NCBI GenBank assembly: GCA_037310415.1
Contig: CP147780.1
Location: 2,624,001-2,688,000 of the forward strand
Origin: Candidatus Atabeyarchaeum deiterrae
GTDB taxonomy: Archaea > Asgardarchaeota > Atabeyarchaeia > Atabeyarchaeales > Atabeyarchaeaceae
Length of the DNA stretch: 64,000 nt
Direction of reading: 5' to 3'
How positions within the stretch are numbered: the stretch's first letter is position 1; each line of letters opens with the position of its first letter. Of this stretch, positions 48,550 through 58,728 are shown piece after piece. The position numbers and the translations under genes were made by a program. Below the pieces are notes generated by a model. The model saw only the letters and a program-made list of their open reading frames with translations, was not told the origin of the DNA and ran no database searches.

Positions 48550-48957
48550 TTAAGTATTGCGGGATCTTGGTCTTTTGGTAGTGTGCCCACTGCGATCTTC
48601 ATGGAAAGTTGCGGTACCCGTTTTCTCAGCCAATCTTACCATGCCCTCTTTGGCCCAAATTCTGGTGGCTGTACCAATTCCACCTTCTAACAGTTTCTTA
48701 GCTCTAGCTATTCCGTACGGTATTGTGCAGAATTCATCAGGGCACTTCCCATTGTTTTGCCTGATATAGTCTATGCATTGGTCTATATTTTCGCTTGAAG
48801 GAGGGTTTTGATCATCCACCTTCTCGGCCTCGAGTTCAGCCGCATATCTTGAAACCAGTTTAGAGAAGGCAAGTCCGTGGATGTTTTTCTGTTCCTTGAC
48901 TGCAGCTTTGAGGATTTGCAGTAGGAGTTTCGAGTCGACTACTAGTTTGCCACTCAT
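48550..48957 (-). pseudogene. Truncated paralog 2 lacking the Cys-rich C-terminal half
   Basis: N-terminal ~115 aa align with 49060-49731, then diverge and stop. Confidence 0.6.
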
Positions 48958-49059
48958 GCATTTTCGCCGGTGTTATCGTTCTTGTTGGATTGAAATCCAA
49001 CAGAGAGAAGAGACTGGTATATGCTGCAAAGGCACTATGAGAAGCTCCTTCTGTTGCAA

Positions 49060-49731
49060 CTATTGAACCTTGAATATTCGGAAGGTGCACTTGGGAGGAT
49101 TGAACTCGAGAAGGTCGTAATCGTGGGCACACTTTGTTATCACTTCGAGTATGGCTGAGTCCGTCTTGCATATCACGCATTCAACTTTTCCTGATACGGT
49201 GTGGATGCCTTCTTCTGCCATGGCTTTGCAGGCGTCGCTGAAGTGGCATTCCGCCGTCTTCGCCAGAGCTGAGTTTTCGTCGCCACTGACTGTAATGTCT
49301 TCTACCTTGGTATGCGTCATGGCTGCAAAGTCGAGATGTTTCTTCCATGCCTCGGTGGTGCTGGTTACCTTTCCGTAGAGAGTCGCGGTGCCAATTTTCT
49401 CGGCTAGCTTTTTCATTGCATCTTTTGCAGAGGTTCTGGCTCCTGAGCCTATGCCGCCCTGCAACATTTTCTCGGTTCTGGCTATTCCATATGCTATTGA
49501 GGAAAAACCATCACTGTATTTGCCAGTGTTCTGGATGAGATAGTTCACACATTGGTCGATGTTCTCAACCTGAGGTGGGTTGGGATCACTGGTCTTCTTT
49601 GCCTCATACTCAGCAGCGTATTTCGCTACCATTTTGGAAAAAACTGGTCCGTAGAAGGTTTCTTGTTCTTTTACTGCAAGCTTGAGGAAGTTGAGTAGGG
49701 ATTTTGAATCTACCACGATTTTGCTACTCAT
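49060..49731 (-). CDS. Cys-rich V4R/MetOD1-like domain protein (paralog 3)
   Basis: ECHFSDAC...ECVIC...HDY...PKCTFRIFKV. Confidence 0.6.
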   Translation of the reverse strand: MSSKIVVDSKSLLNFLKLAVKEQETFYGPVFSKMVAKYAAEYEAKKTSDPNPPQVENIDQCVNYLIQNTGKYSDGFSSIAYGIARTEKMLQGGIGSGARTSAKDAMKKLAEKIGTATLYGKVTSTTEAWKKHLDFAAMTHTKVEDITVSGDENSALAKTAECHFSDACKAMAEEGIHTVSGKVECVICKTDSAILEVITKCAHDYDLLEFNPPKCTFRIFKVQ

Positions 49732-50124
49732 GGATTCAATCACCTATCCTGTTACGAGCGGGTGGGGGGGAACTCTGCAGTTTCTAGCCTTGACGATGAT
49801 ACTATATTCAATGGTTTTTAAATTCTGTCTTCCTTCTTGCATTGCGTCGCTCTTCCTGTTGGGTTTTTCGCAACAGGACTAAGAATCATTAGGGAGAAAT
49901 GGTAGATTGTCGACTTTTGATCCTGTGTCTAAATTCCCAGATACAGACTTACTAACGCGGGCGAGAACTAGTCACAACCACCGCGCCAACCATCTATCCT
50001 CCCACTTTTCGCAATTTGTGGTAAAATCTCGCTTTTGCTCGCTTCACAAAAACAACTGATGTTGGCAGGTTTTAACATTTGGATGCCGATTCACTGATTC
50101 CGTTCTGACATCGTGAGATCCGCA

Positions 50125-50829
50125 TCAAAAGACTGGATCGAGTTGAGTTGCATGGACCTTAAAGATGCGGAAAGTGCAGTTCGGGGGGTCGAACCACAAC
50201 ATCCCGAAGTCGTGAGGTATCTTGGTTGCGTATTCTAGGGTTGCAGCGCTTGCACGCGCATTGGAGCATTCAAATCCTCCACCCACCTTACCGATACCTT
50301 CTTGTGCCATAAGTTTGCACGCGTCGCTGAAGATGCATCCTCTGTAAGTCGCCTCGACACAATCCTCGCCTCCAGTTATCCTAGAATCTCCTGCTTCCCA
50401 CCTTGTCCGCTTCGCAAGCTCGATTATTGCGCTGTAGACCAAAAACGTATTGGTGCTCTTGGGACAATCATCAGCTACACCGGTCTTCTCAAGTATCTCT
50501 TTGATACCTTCCTTGGCAACACTTCTTGAGCCTGATCCGACGCCGCCCTGCAACACTTTCTCAGCCTTGGCTTGTCCGTATGCGATGGATGCCATTCCGC
50601 GAGGATACTTCTCGAGGTTAGAGATAATATATTTGGCACATTCTTCCAAAGTTTCAATTTGCGGAGGATTCTTATCATTGATCATCTTGGCTTCAAATTC
50701 CGTGGCGAATCCGGCAACCAACCTAGGAAAGACCGGTCCAAAGAATCCCTGCAACTGCTTGATGGCTTGAATTGAAAAGCTCAATCCTGTTTTCACATCA
50801 TATATGATTGCTGGTGCCAGATCATTCAC
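50125..50829 (-). CDS. Cys-rich V4R/MetOD1-like domain protein (paralog 4)
   Basis: GCIFSDAC...ECSNAR...HDF...PNCTFRIFKV; start uncertain. Confidence 0.6.
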   Translation of the reverse strand: MNDLAPAIIYDVKTGLSFSIQAIKQLQGFFGPVFPRLVAGFATEFEAKMINDKNPPQIETLEECAKYIISNLEKYPRGMASIAYGQAKAEKVLQGGVGSGSRSVAKEGIKEILEKTGVADDCPKSTNTFLVYSAIIELAKRTRWEAGDSRITGGEDCVEATYRGCIFSDACKLMAQEGIGKVGGGFECSNARASAATLEYATKIPHDFGMLWFDPPNCTFRIFKVHATQLDPVF

Positions 50830-50910
50830 CACCTCGAAAATCAAGCAGCTTCCGTGGGTTGTTTCTCGAGATAGTACAGTTATCCCTACGTGAAAACTTA
50901 ACACTTTTGA

Positions 50911-51705
50911 TTAGTTTGCCGTCTTTCGATGGTTCAGTTTCAGCTCTGGCAATAATCTGAGAAGGGGTATCTCTCGAACTTGTTTTTCAGAGAGCAACCT
51001 CCAGTCTATTCCTGATGGCTTCGGCAGTCTTGTTCCTGTCGCGACCAAGCGTGTCGGAGTGGCGATCAAGTCGACGGGCATATCATGGTTGGGGTCCATG
51101 GGAACCCAAACAACCACCTGAATATCATGTACTGTTGTTGCAATGGGAGTTTCCTTGGTAATACAGTGGAATTCTCTCAAAATGGCGTATTCTAGATCAG
51201 AGTACCCGCCGCCTTTGCCTACCCTACCGCCCTCCATGGTGACCGCTACTGAACCTGTGACCTTGAAATCTACCTTGAGGTTAGCTGGTCCAATATGTTT
51301 CCCGTGTTTGAAAGCTCCTGCTATAGTTGAAGCTTCAGCATAGTGCGTTGGATCGATTTGATGCGGGTCAAGCAAGATGAAATCCTCTTTTAAGCGCGGC
51401 GAAGCCATCACGAGATTTTTATCCTGTCCCAAAACAGCTAGACGAACCCAACGTTGGGGAGAATCTGGGCAGCAGAAAACGGTCTCGGCATTCTTGAAGG
51501 CTTCGGTTTCACATAGTCTTTTGGCGGCTAACCTCGCGTCTGCGAAGTTAGGTATTCTGCCATAGACAGGCATCGGAAAACGGGCTAAATGTGTCTCTTC
51601 CATCTTTGACCAGACGGTCTTGCGTATGTCTTGCTTTTGTCTTTTGATCACTTCTTCATTGGTCATCGACATCTTCTCTCTAGTGGGAATGCGCAACCCT
51701 GTCAT
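50911..51705 (-). CDS. 5-formyltetrahydrofolate cyclo-ligase family (MTHFSD-like)
   Basis: GRIPNF, PDSPQ, GRVGKGGGYSDLEY, TTVHDIQ, HDMPVDLIATP. Confidence 0.88.
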   Translation of the reverse strand: MTGLRIPTREKMSMTNEEVIKRQKQDIRKTVWSKMEETHLARFPMPVYGRIPNFADARLAAKRLCETEAFKNAETVFCCPDSPQRWVRLAVLGQDKNLVMASPRLKEDFILLDPHQIDPTHYAEASTIAGAFKHGKHIGPANLKVDFKVTGSVAVTMEGGRVGKGGGYSDLEYAILREFHCITKETPIATTVHDIQVVVWVPMDPNHDMPVDLIATPTRLVATGTRLPKPSGIDWRLLSEKQVREIPLLRLLPELKLNHRKTAN

Positions 51706-52742
51706 ATTGCAGTCGTTGTCTTTACTAGGCTTCTCGGCACATCGGGGTTTATGCCCTTGGCCACGGCGACATAAGCGGCTAGTAGTTGCAGTGGCACTAT
51801 GTCTATTATTGGAGTTAAGTGGTTCGGCAGTGATGGAGTAGTGATAGTTGAGCCGCCTCGATCTCCGATCGAGATCATACTTGCACCCGTCACCTTGAGG
51901 TCCTCAAGCAATCTCACAGTTGTTTCGTCAAATGGGTGAGAGTTAGTGAATGCAATTACTGAAGTTCTGGGTTCGACCAGTGCTCTTGGACCGTGCCTAA
52001 ACTCTGGTGAACTAAATGCTTCAGCATGCACGAGGGCTGCCTCTTTGAGTTTCAAGCATGCTTCGAGAGCGGTTGCATAGCTGGGTCCTCGTCCGAGAAG
52101 AAAAAGCGCCTTCTGCTCCTTCGTTTCGTCAGCCATTTTTCTGACTTTCTCTTGGGAGGTCTTGATTGTTTCCTCTACAGCTTTGGAGATCTTCATCAAT
52201 GGTGAGTTTGCCTGTTTCTTCCGTCCTAGTGTCTCTGCAATACTAAATAGCGCTGCAAGCAATGCGGTATAGGTTTTTGTCATTGGTATTGCAACCTCTC
52301 TTCCTGCCTTCGTCACAATGGTTGCATCAGCGATCTTGGCGAGCGTGCTTCTTGCCTCATTCGTGACGGACACAACTTTGCATCCATTCTTGGAAGCGGT
52401 CTCGACTGCTGTGAGTACGTCTCCAGTTTCCCCTGATTGGGAGACAGCAATTACGATGTCTCCTTTCTTTTTGGTTTCAAAATCTCTGAAGTCCGATGCA
52501 GAATAAGCAACACTCGGAATACCGGCAGAAGCTAGCAGAGCGTACTTTCCTGCAATTGATGCATAGTGAGATGTGCCTGAACCAATCAGGAAAATCGTTC
52601 CGCGGTTCTTGTCCAGTTTTTCCTCAATCAGTTCTCTGACTGGTTCGGCTTGTCGTAATGAAGACTCAATTGTGTCTCGGGTGGTTTGTGGCTGCTCCTT
52701 GATCTCACGCAACATGTTTAGTCCAGTTATCTCCACTGTCAA
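51702..52742 (-). CDS. Double-SIS domain sugar-phosphate isomerase/deaminase (GlmS C-terminal-like)
   Basis: EIKEQP, GSGTS, SQSGETGD, TKTY, LKLKE, EFRHGP, PRSLVK. Confidence 0.88.
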   Translation of the reverse strand: MTVEITGLNMLREIKEQPQTTRDTIESSLRQAEPVRELIEEKLDKNRGTIFLIGSGTSHYASIAGKYALLASAGIPSVAYSASDFRDFETKKKGDIVIAVSQSGETGDVLTAVETASKNGCKVVSVTNEARSTLAKIADATIVTKAGREVAIPMTKTYTALLAALFSIAETLGRKKQANSPLMKISKAVEETIKTSQEKVRKMADETKEQKALFLLGRGPSYATALEACLKLKEAALVHAEAFSSPEFRHGPRALVEPRTSVIAFTNSHPFDETTVRLLEDLKVTGASMISIGDRGGSTITTPSLPNHLTPIIDIVPLQLLAAYVAVAKGINPDVPRSLVKTTTAI

Positions 52743-52755
52743 CCGTTAAGCCTCC

Positions 52756-54048
52756 TTACCTACACCAAGCTATTATTATTCCGCATAACAGTTTAGTAGC
52801 GTCTATGAGTTCTTGAATTTCGACATACTCATCTAATTGATGAGCTGATTTTTCCATGTCTCCTGGACCGAACATTACTGCAGGAGTTTTGTGGCTATTC
52901 AGATGATACATGTCACTCCACCCCTGGAATCCAGCAACTTGAGGGGTACGCCCACCAAAGAGCATTGTGTAGACTTCTTTGATTGTTGATAACAAAGGGT
53001 GGTCGCCTGCAATACTTGAGGGTGGCAAATCATAGAGGAACTCTACTTTTGGTGGATGTAGCTTCATCCAGGGATCTTTGTTCGATGCGTTCAGAATCCA
53101 GTTCTCTACTTGCTCCTTAACTTTTGAACCTGCGCCCTCTTGATCAACTTCGCTCGGTAAGTATTTTACATCTATATCTATCGATGCCTTAGGTGGAACG
53201 ATGTTCACCTGGTCGCCAGCTTGGAATTTTCCAGCTAGGATGGTTGGTTTTTCAAGTAGGGGGTGAGGTTCAACGTGGTCCTTTCTCCACTGCTCCAGCA
53301 GTGACAGTTGTTTGAGAATCTCAACTCCTTTATCTAGGGCACTTACGCCCTCGTCTTTTCGCGATGCGTGGGCAGCCTTTCCGGTTATCTCTATGTGTCC
53401 TATCAAGACTCCTCTGTGCGCGGAGCATATCTTTAGCTTCGTGGGTTCAGCAATAATGGCTGCGTCGGCAGAGTATCCTTTTGCCGCGCATGATAAGCTG
53501 CCATTCCCTCCTCCTTCCTCGTCCACCACACTTTCAAAGATAACTTTCCCTTGAATCCCTCCGACAGCTCGTGCGAACTTTGCTGCCATGAGCATTGCTA
53601 TTAACCCGCTCTTCATGTCGGCTGCACCTCTGCCATAGATCTTGCCTTCATCGATCTCCCCGCCGAAGGGATTATAATGCCAGAGGTCACGTGGACCTGA
53701 GGTAACAGTGTCGATGTGTCCGTTCAGAATGAGTGATCTTCCATTACCGCTTCCGAGGGTTCCAATGACGTTTGGGCGTCCAGCATATCTTTTACTCCAA
53801 TTTACCGGTGGCACATATCCCTTGAGTCGGCTTAGCGTTTCCTCGTCTGGTTCAAACGAGACTATGTCTTTGAATCCTATTTCGCTTAGTATCTTGATGA
53901 GGTATTCTTGTCCTTGTCCCTCTTTTCCAACTCTTTGTGGTGGGTTGTTTGTAGTGTCGATTCTTATGAGATCTCTGAGAATCTCAATAATCTCCCGCTT
54001 GTTCTTCTCGGTCTCTTTGAAGGCTTTCAGAACAATATCCTTGAACAT
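52756..54048 (-). CDS. ArgE/DapE family M20 deacylase
   Basis: ILNGHIDTV, GRGAADMKSG, VDEEGGG, AEPT, AHQLDE. Confidence 0.9.
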   Translation of the reverse strand: MFKDIVLKAFKETEKNKREIIEILRDLIRIDTTNNPPQRVGKEGQGQEYLIKILSEIGFKDIVSFEPDEETLSRLKGYVPPVNWSKRYAGRPNVIGTLGSGNGRSLILNGHIDTVTSGPRDLWHYNPFGGEIDEGKIYGRGAADMKSGLIAMLMAAKFARAVGGIQGKVIFESVVDEEGGGNGSLSCAAKGYSADAAIIAEPTKLKICSAHRGVLIGHIEITGKAAHASRKDEGVSALDKGVEILKQLSLLEQWRKDHVEPHPLLEKPTILAGKFQAGDQVNIVPPKASIDIDVKYLPSEVDQEGAGSKVKEQVENWILNASNKDPWMKLHPPKVEFLYDLPPSSIAGDHPLLSTIKEVYTMLFGGRTPQVAGFQGWSDMYHLNSHKTPAVMFGPGDMEKSAHQLDEYVEIQELIDATKLLCGIIIAWCR

Positions 54049-54183
54049 ATAATATCACTCAACTTCCCTTCTGAACGAGGTTGAAAAAGAAAAAGGGAGA
54101 AAGAGTTTGAGACGATTGAACTCGAACACATCAAAATGTGAACCATGATTCAGAAGATAGAAAACGAAGATAGAAAAAGGCCA

Positions 54184-55134
54184 TTATAGTTCACTAGGAG
54201 TCTCTACGAGGGTCGCTGTAACCTTCCCCTTTTGCTGACCGCGCACAATTGTCATTGTGACCTCTTCGCCAACGTTCTTGCTTCCCAGATACTCGATAAG
54301 AGCGGACATGGATTTCAACTCAGAGTTGTCCACCGCTGTTATCACGTCGCCAGCCGCTATGTCTGCTTCGTCAGCAGGACCTCGACGGAACACTCTTACC
54401 ACAAGGATGCCTTTTGATACGCTAAGTCCATAGTAGTTTGCTATGCTGGAGTTAACATCCACGCCCACAAGGCCAAGCCAAGGCTTCATGTATGAGCCAT
54501 ACTTCAAGACTCTGTCGAGAACTCCCTTCGCAGAGTTGATAGGTATCGCGAATCCTATGCCTTGAGCGAAGGGGATGATCGCAGTGTTAATGGCTATTAC
54601 TTTTCCATTGATGTCGATGAGTGGACCCCCGCTGTTGCCTGGGTTTATCGCTGCGTCTGTCTGCACAAGGTTTTCAAGGCTTCCTCTATCAGATTGAATG
54701 GTTCTTGCTACGGCACTTATGACTCCCTTAGTCACAGTGGCTCCTCCAGTGAGACGGAATGGGACGCCAACAGCAATCGCGGTTTGACCAATCCTTAATT
54801 TATCTGAGTCGCCAAGCTCAGCTGCAGGCAAACCACGAGAATCAACCTTTATTACCGCAATGTCGATCCCAGGATCCTCTCCAACAACCTTTCCGTCTAG
54901 TTGCTTACCATCTTGGAACATGATCTGTATTCGTCTTGCTCCGCTTATGACGTGTCTACTAGTGAGCACATAACCTTTTGAGTCGACAATTAAGCCCGAG
55001 CCTACGCCCTCAACAGGATGGGCCCTGAAGAAGTAGTCTTCAACAAGCTGGACAGTACTTACCATGACTACACTCGGCAGGATTCTATCAGATGCCTTTA
55101 CCACCAAATCCTCTTCTGACAATTTCCAACTCAC
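54184..55134 (-). CDS. HtrA/DegP-like trypsin protease with PDZ domain
   Basis: GSGLIV, TSRHV, DIAVIK, QTDAAINPGNSGGPL, PDZ C-terminus. Confidence 0.92.
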   Translation of the reverse strand: MSWKLSEEDLVVKASDRILPSVVMVSTVQLVEDYFFRAHPVEGVGSGLIVDSKGYVLTSRHVISGARRIQIMFQDGKQLDGKVVGEDPGIDIAVIKVDSRGLPAAELGDSDKLRIGQTAIAVGVPFRLTGGATVTKGVISAVARTIQSDRGSLENLVQTDAAINPGNSGGPLIDINGKVIAINTAIIPFAQGIGFAIPINSAKGVLDRVLKYGSYMKPWLGLVGVDVNSSIANYYGLSVSKGILVVRVFRRGPADEADIAAGDVITAVDNSELKSMSALIEYLGSKNVGEEVTMTIVRGQQKGKVTATLVETPSEL

Positions 55135-55432
55135 TCCTCGCAGCTCTTGAAGTCTTCTGATGATTCTTATTCATTGAGTTCTGTCTTGTGTTCTTTATAA
55201 TAAATGTTTCTCGAGAATTGAAATTTGAAGGCCACTGCTCTAGGTCGTTGCATTGCATCCTTTTGATCAATGCCGCGACAACTCTTCTCTCGATGGACTC
55301 GTACACTATTCAACTCGGGAAATTGATTGCACGGTGTCGCTGCGATAGATGTATATATATTTGAATGCGATCAAGATGATTGGCTGGAAGCCGCAGGTCT
55401 TCCTGATAGAACGCTTCAAGGTGAGAATCCTC

Positions 55433-56974
55433 TTGCTCTACAGCGAGAAGGTCATGGATCATTTTAGGAACCCGCGTAACGTGGGAGAAATCAAGGACGC
55501 CGACGGAATAGGCAAGGTTGGAAACCCCGTATGTCTACTTCCCAATGAAATGATAAACTCCAATGGAGAATTTTCAACCATAAGCACGATCCTTGAGAAG
55601 GAGAGAGTGTTAAGTCATACAGGGCAGTATAGCAACGTAGTGGCAAAGTCTGGAAGAGACCATATTGGGGACATAGTCACCCTGAAGAACAAACTTGGAA
55701 CAGTCTCCCTGACGCCAGATCATCTTGTTTTGTCAACAAGGCTTCCTAAGGGTGACAGGTTCCTTAGGACCAAGGACAAGAGAACCTTGAATCATGGTTG
55801 GTATCATGCTGGTGACCTTAAGAGGGGAGACATAGCGCTATACCCCATCCTGCAGTCGACGAAGGATGTTGACTCTCTTGAAATGGATGTTCCAAGACTG
55901 CAGCACGACTTCAAGAGCAAGGAGATACCGAACAGAATCCCGATAGACGGCGATTTCTTGCGACTTTGCGGCTACTTCCTAGCTGAAGGATACACCAAGG
56001 ACAAGCCATCGAAAACGTTTATTGGTTTCACCTTGAATCTCAAAGAGAAAGATATTGCTGAAGACATTAAGGGTATCACCGCAAAGCTGTGGAATATTGA
56101 ATGTAGCATCAAGGAGAAACCTATGAAGAGAACCCTTGAAGTATTCATTTACAATGCTACTTTGGCACGATTCTTCAGAAAAATGTTCGGCTCTCATGCT
56201 GAGAACAAGAAGATGCCTCACTTCATGACGTTGCTACCGCTGGAGAAACAGAAAGAATTGATTCGAGGGCTATGGAAGGGCGATGGTTACGTTAGTCTCA
56301 CAAGAGAGAGTCCTAGGGCAGGGTACTCTACGATATCGTACCAACTCGCACAGCAAATGAAAACACTATTGATGAGACAGAGGATTACTCAATCCTTCTA
56401 CAGCGAACCAGAGAAAGTCAAGGACGATGTCAAACACAAAAAGAACTATAGACTCCACGTAGGTGACAAAGAATCGTTGTGGAGACTGTGTGCGATCCTC
56501 GGAATCGATTTTCACCACGCTAAATCAGAGAAAATCCATTCATGGTTTGACAACAATTACTTCTACACACCAATAACATATGTTGGAACAAGAAATGTCA
56601 GTACTAAAGTCTACAATCTTGAGGTTGAGGACACCCACTCTTTTGCGACTGATGCTTTTTGCCTCCACAATTGCGGAGACTTGATGTGGATCTACATCAA
56701 AGTCAGCAAGGATGCTAATGGCGTGGAGAGACTATCAGACATAAGATTCAAGACTTTTGGATGTGGTGCTGCGATAGCTACAAGCAGCATGATAACGGAA
56801 TTGGCTAGAGGGAAAACTCTTGAGGAAGCCATGAAGATTACTCGCGAGGATGTTGCAACGAGTTTGGATGGGCTTCCGCCTATCAAGATGCATTGTAGTA
56901 ATCTCGCGGCAGATGGATTGAGAGCTGCCATCGAAGACTACTTGAAGAAGAAGCAAGCTACACAAAAGAAATAG
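55433..56974 (+). CDS. iscU: Fe-S cluster scaffold IscU/NifU, intein-containing (133 aa after splicing)
   Basis: YSEKVMDHFRNPRNVG...GNPV | CGDLM...FKTFGCGAAIA...LPPIKMHCSNLA; TTG start after AAGGTGAG. Confidence 0.93.
   Translation: MLYSEKVMDHFRNPRNVGEIKDADGIGKVGNPVCLLPNEMINSNGEFSTISTILEKERVLSHTGQYSNVVAKSGRDHIGDIVTLKNKLGTVSLTPDHLVLSTRLPKGDRFLRTKDKRTLNHGWYHAGDLKRGDIALYPILQSTKDVDSLEMDVPRLQHDFKSKEIPNRIPIDGDFLRLCGYFLAEGYTKDKPSKTFIGFTLNLKEKDIAEDIKGITAKLWNIECSIKEKPMKRTLEVFIYNATLARFFRKMFGSHAENKKMPHFMTLLPLEKQKELIRGLWKGDGYVSLTRESPRAGYSTISYQLAQQMKTLLMRQRITQSFYSEPEKVKDDVKHKKNYRLHVGDKESLWRLCAILGIDFHHAKSEKIHSWFDNNYFYTPITYVGTRNVSTKVYNLEVEDTHSFATDAFCLHNCGDLMWIYIKVSKDANGVERLSDIRFKTFGCGAAIATSSMITELARGKTLEEAMKITREDVATSLDGLPPIKMHCSNLAADGLRAAIEDYLKKKQATQKK
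55532..56671 (+). mobile_element. Intein (380 aa) with LAGLIDADG homing endonuclease
   Basis: N-terminal CLLP, block B LTPDHLV, LCGYFLAEG and LIRGLWKGDG, VYNLEVEDTHSF...LHN followed by Cys+1. Confidence 0.95.
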
Positions 56975-57015
56975 ATAGGACTTGCGTTTTCAAGTGTTCT
57001 GCCTAGTGAACCCCG

Positions 57016-58071
57016 TTAGCTTGCCTTAAGATATTCTGTGATTTCATCGTAGAGTCTTTGAGCTTCTTCTGTGTTCTTCGCTCCCTTGATGAGCATGTTG
57101 CCTCCTCTCATGAGACTAATGGATATGTTATCTCCAACGGTTAGCGTTAGCCCATAGCTTGCAACAAGCTTTACTTTGTACTTCCTGCTTAGAATCTTAC
57201 CCGCTTCCGCGATGTTTATTGAGGTTTGTCGTTGTGGGGTTACCATGAAGGATTCTCTTCCACAGAGTTCAGATATGCTTCCGCCTTTTTTGTGTTCAAC
57301 TTGAGTTGCTAACGCCTTTCTTGGTTCTGACCCGCAGGCTGTGCAGTCCTTCCTCCTTGCCACCTCGAAAATATCGAAATTAAGAGAATTGAGGTCACAA
57401 TATAGGATTTTGTTTGAGAGTAGAGGTTCTTTTCCCAAGATCATTCTCAGAGTCTCGTTGACTTGTATGCTTGCAATGATGTTTATTATGGGCGGTATGA
57501 CTCCAACTCTCTCACAAGTTGGGAGAACCGCATCATCAGCATTGCGAAACAGGCATTCCAGACACGGAGTCTGGCTTGGAATTATTGTGGTAGCGTTGCC
57601 ATATGTTTCAATTGCTCCCCCGAACACGTATGGTATCTTGAGCTTCACGCAAGCCTTGTTTATCGCAAACCTCGGCAGGAATCTGTCAAGAGCGTCAACG
57701 ACGATATCCACACCTCTCAAAAGACTCTCGGCATTGTCCTCACTCACAGACGCGGCTATGGGTTCAATCCTTATCTCAGGATTCAAGGCTTGAAGTTTCT
57801 TTGCGGCAATTTCGACTTTCGGGTATCCGATTGAGTTGGCATCGTAGATGAGCTGTCTCTGAAGATTTGTCAGCTCTACGACGTCCCTGTCGATTATCCT
57901 TAGGTATCCGACTCCGATACCGGCCAATTGAAGAGACGAGACTGATCCAAGTCCTCCCACTCCGACGACACAGACTTTCGCAGACTTCACTCTAAGCTGA
58001 CCCTCAGTACCAAAGTCCCGCAGTGCTATTTGGCGAGAGTAACGCTCGAGCTCATTCTTGCTCAGGGGCAA
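57016..58071 (-). CDS. ThiF/MoeB/E1-like adenylyltransferase
   Basis: RYSRQI, GVGGLGS, DRDVVELTNLQRQ, PCLEC, CTAC. Confidence 0.9.
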   Translation of the reverse strand: MPLSKNELERYSRQIALRDFGTEGQLRVKSAKVCVVGVGGLGSVSSLQLAGIGVGYLRIIDRDVVELTNLQRQLIYDANSIGYPKVEIAAKKLQALNPEIRIEPIAASVSEDNAESLLRGVDIVVDALDRFLPRFAINKACVKLKIPYVFGGAIETYGNATTIIPSQTPCLECLFRNADDAVLPTCERVGVIPPIINIIASIQVNETLRMILGKEPLLSNKILYCDLNSLNFDIFEVARRKDCTACGSEPRKALATQVEHKKGGSISELCGRESFMVTPQRQTSINIAEAGKILSRKYKVKLVASYGLTLTVGDNISISLMRGGNMLIKGAKNTEEAQRLYDEITEYLKAS

Positions 58072-58104
58072 GACTTATTCACCTATCGGGTTGATTGACG
58101 CAAG

Positions 58105-58680
58105 TTACTCCTGTGAATTCCATCTTTCAAAGAGTTTATGCCCAATGCCCAACACATCGAGCACCTTTCCAATCGTATAGTTGATCATCTCATCGATGGT
58201 CTTGGGTTTATAATAGAACGCTGGAATAGGTGGCAGTATGATGGCGCCTGCCTTCGAAAGTGTCAACATGTTTCTCAAATGGATAGTGTTCAGCGGTGTC
58301 TCCCTCGGAACAATAACCAGTCTCCTTCTTTCCTTCAGAACAACGTCTGCTGCTCGTGCTATTAGGTTGTCCGAATAACCGCTGGCTATTGCAGCCAAAG
58401 TTTTCATTGAACATGGAATTATGATCATTCCGTCCGTCAGAAATGAACCGCTGGCTATTGGAGCGGCAAGGTTTTCAGGCTCAAAATGAAATGTAGCTTT
58501 TTTTGATAGTGAATCAGAAGTGGCTGAGGTTTCCAACTCAAGGAGTTTCTTTGCTACTTCGCTTATCACCAGATATGTTTCAATATTGTCTTGATGTTCG
58601 TGCAGGTACTCAACCATTCTTACTCCGTAGATTACCCCTGTAGTGCCTGTTATGCCTATGATCAACTTCCTATTCGCCAA
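58105..58680 (-). CDS. ubiX: Flavin prenyltransferase
   Basis: GITGTTG, IASGS, PCSMKTLA, LKERR, RETP, PAFYYKP. Confidence 0.92.
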   Translation of the reverse strand: MANRKLIIGITGTTGVIYGVRMVEYLHEHQDNIETYLVISEVAKKLLELETSATSDSLSKKATFHFEPENLAAPIASGSFLTDGMIIIPCSMKTLAAIASGYSDNLIARAADVVLKERRRLVIVPRETPLNTIHLRNMLTLSKAGAIILPPIPAFYYKPKTIDEMINYTIGKVLDVLGIGHKLFERWNSQE

Positions 58681-58728
58681 CTAAGGCAATCCCCCATATT
58701 TGCGTCATTGCCGTACGTTTGTGACGAG

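Noticed and set aside
48480-48620. Possible second BHB intron explaining the truncated paralog 48550-48957
   Set aside because: Only ~70 nt remain before the next gene, too little for the missing ~100 aa, and no BHB motif was seen.
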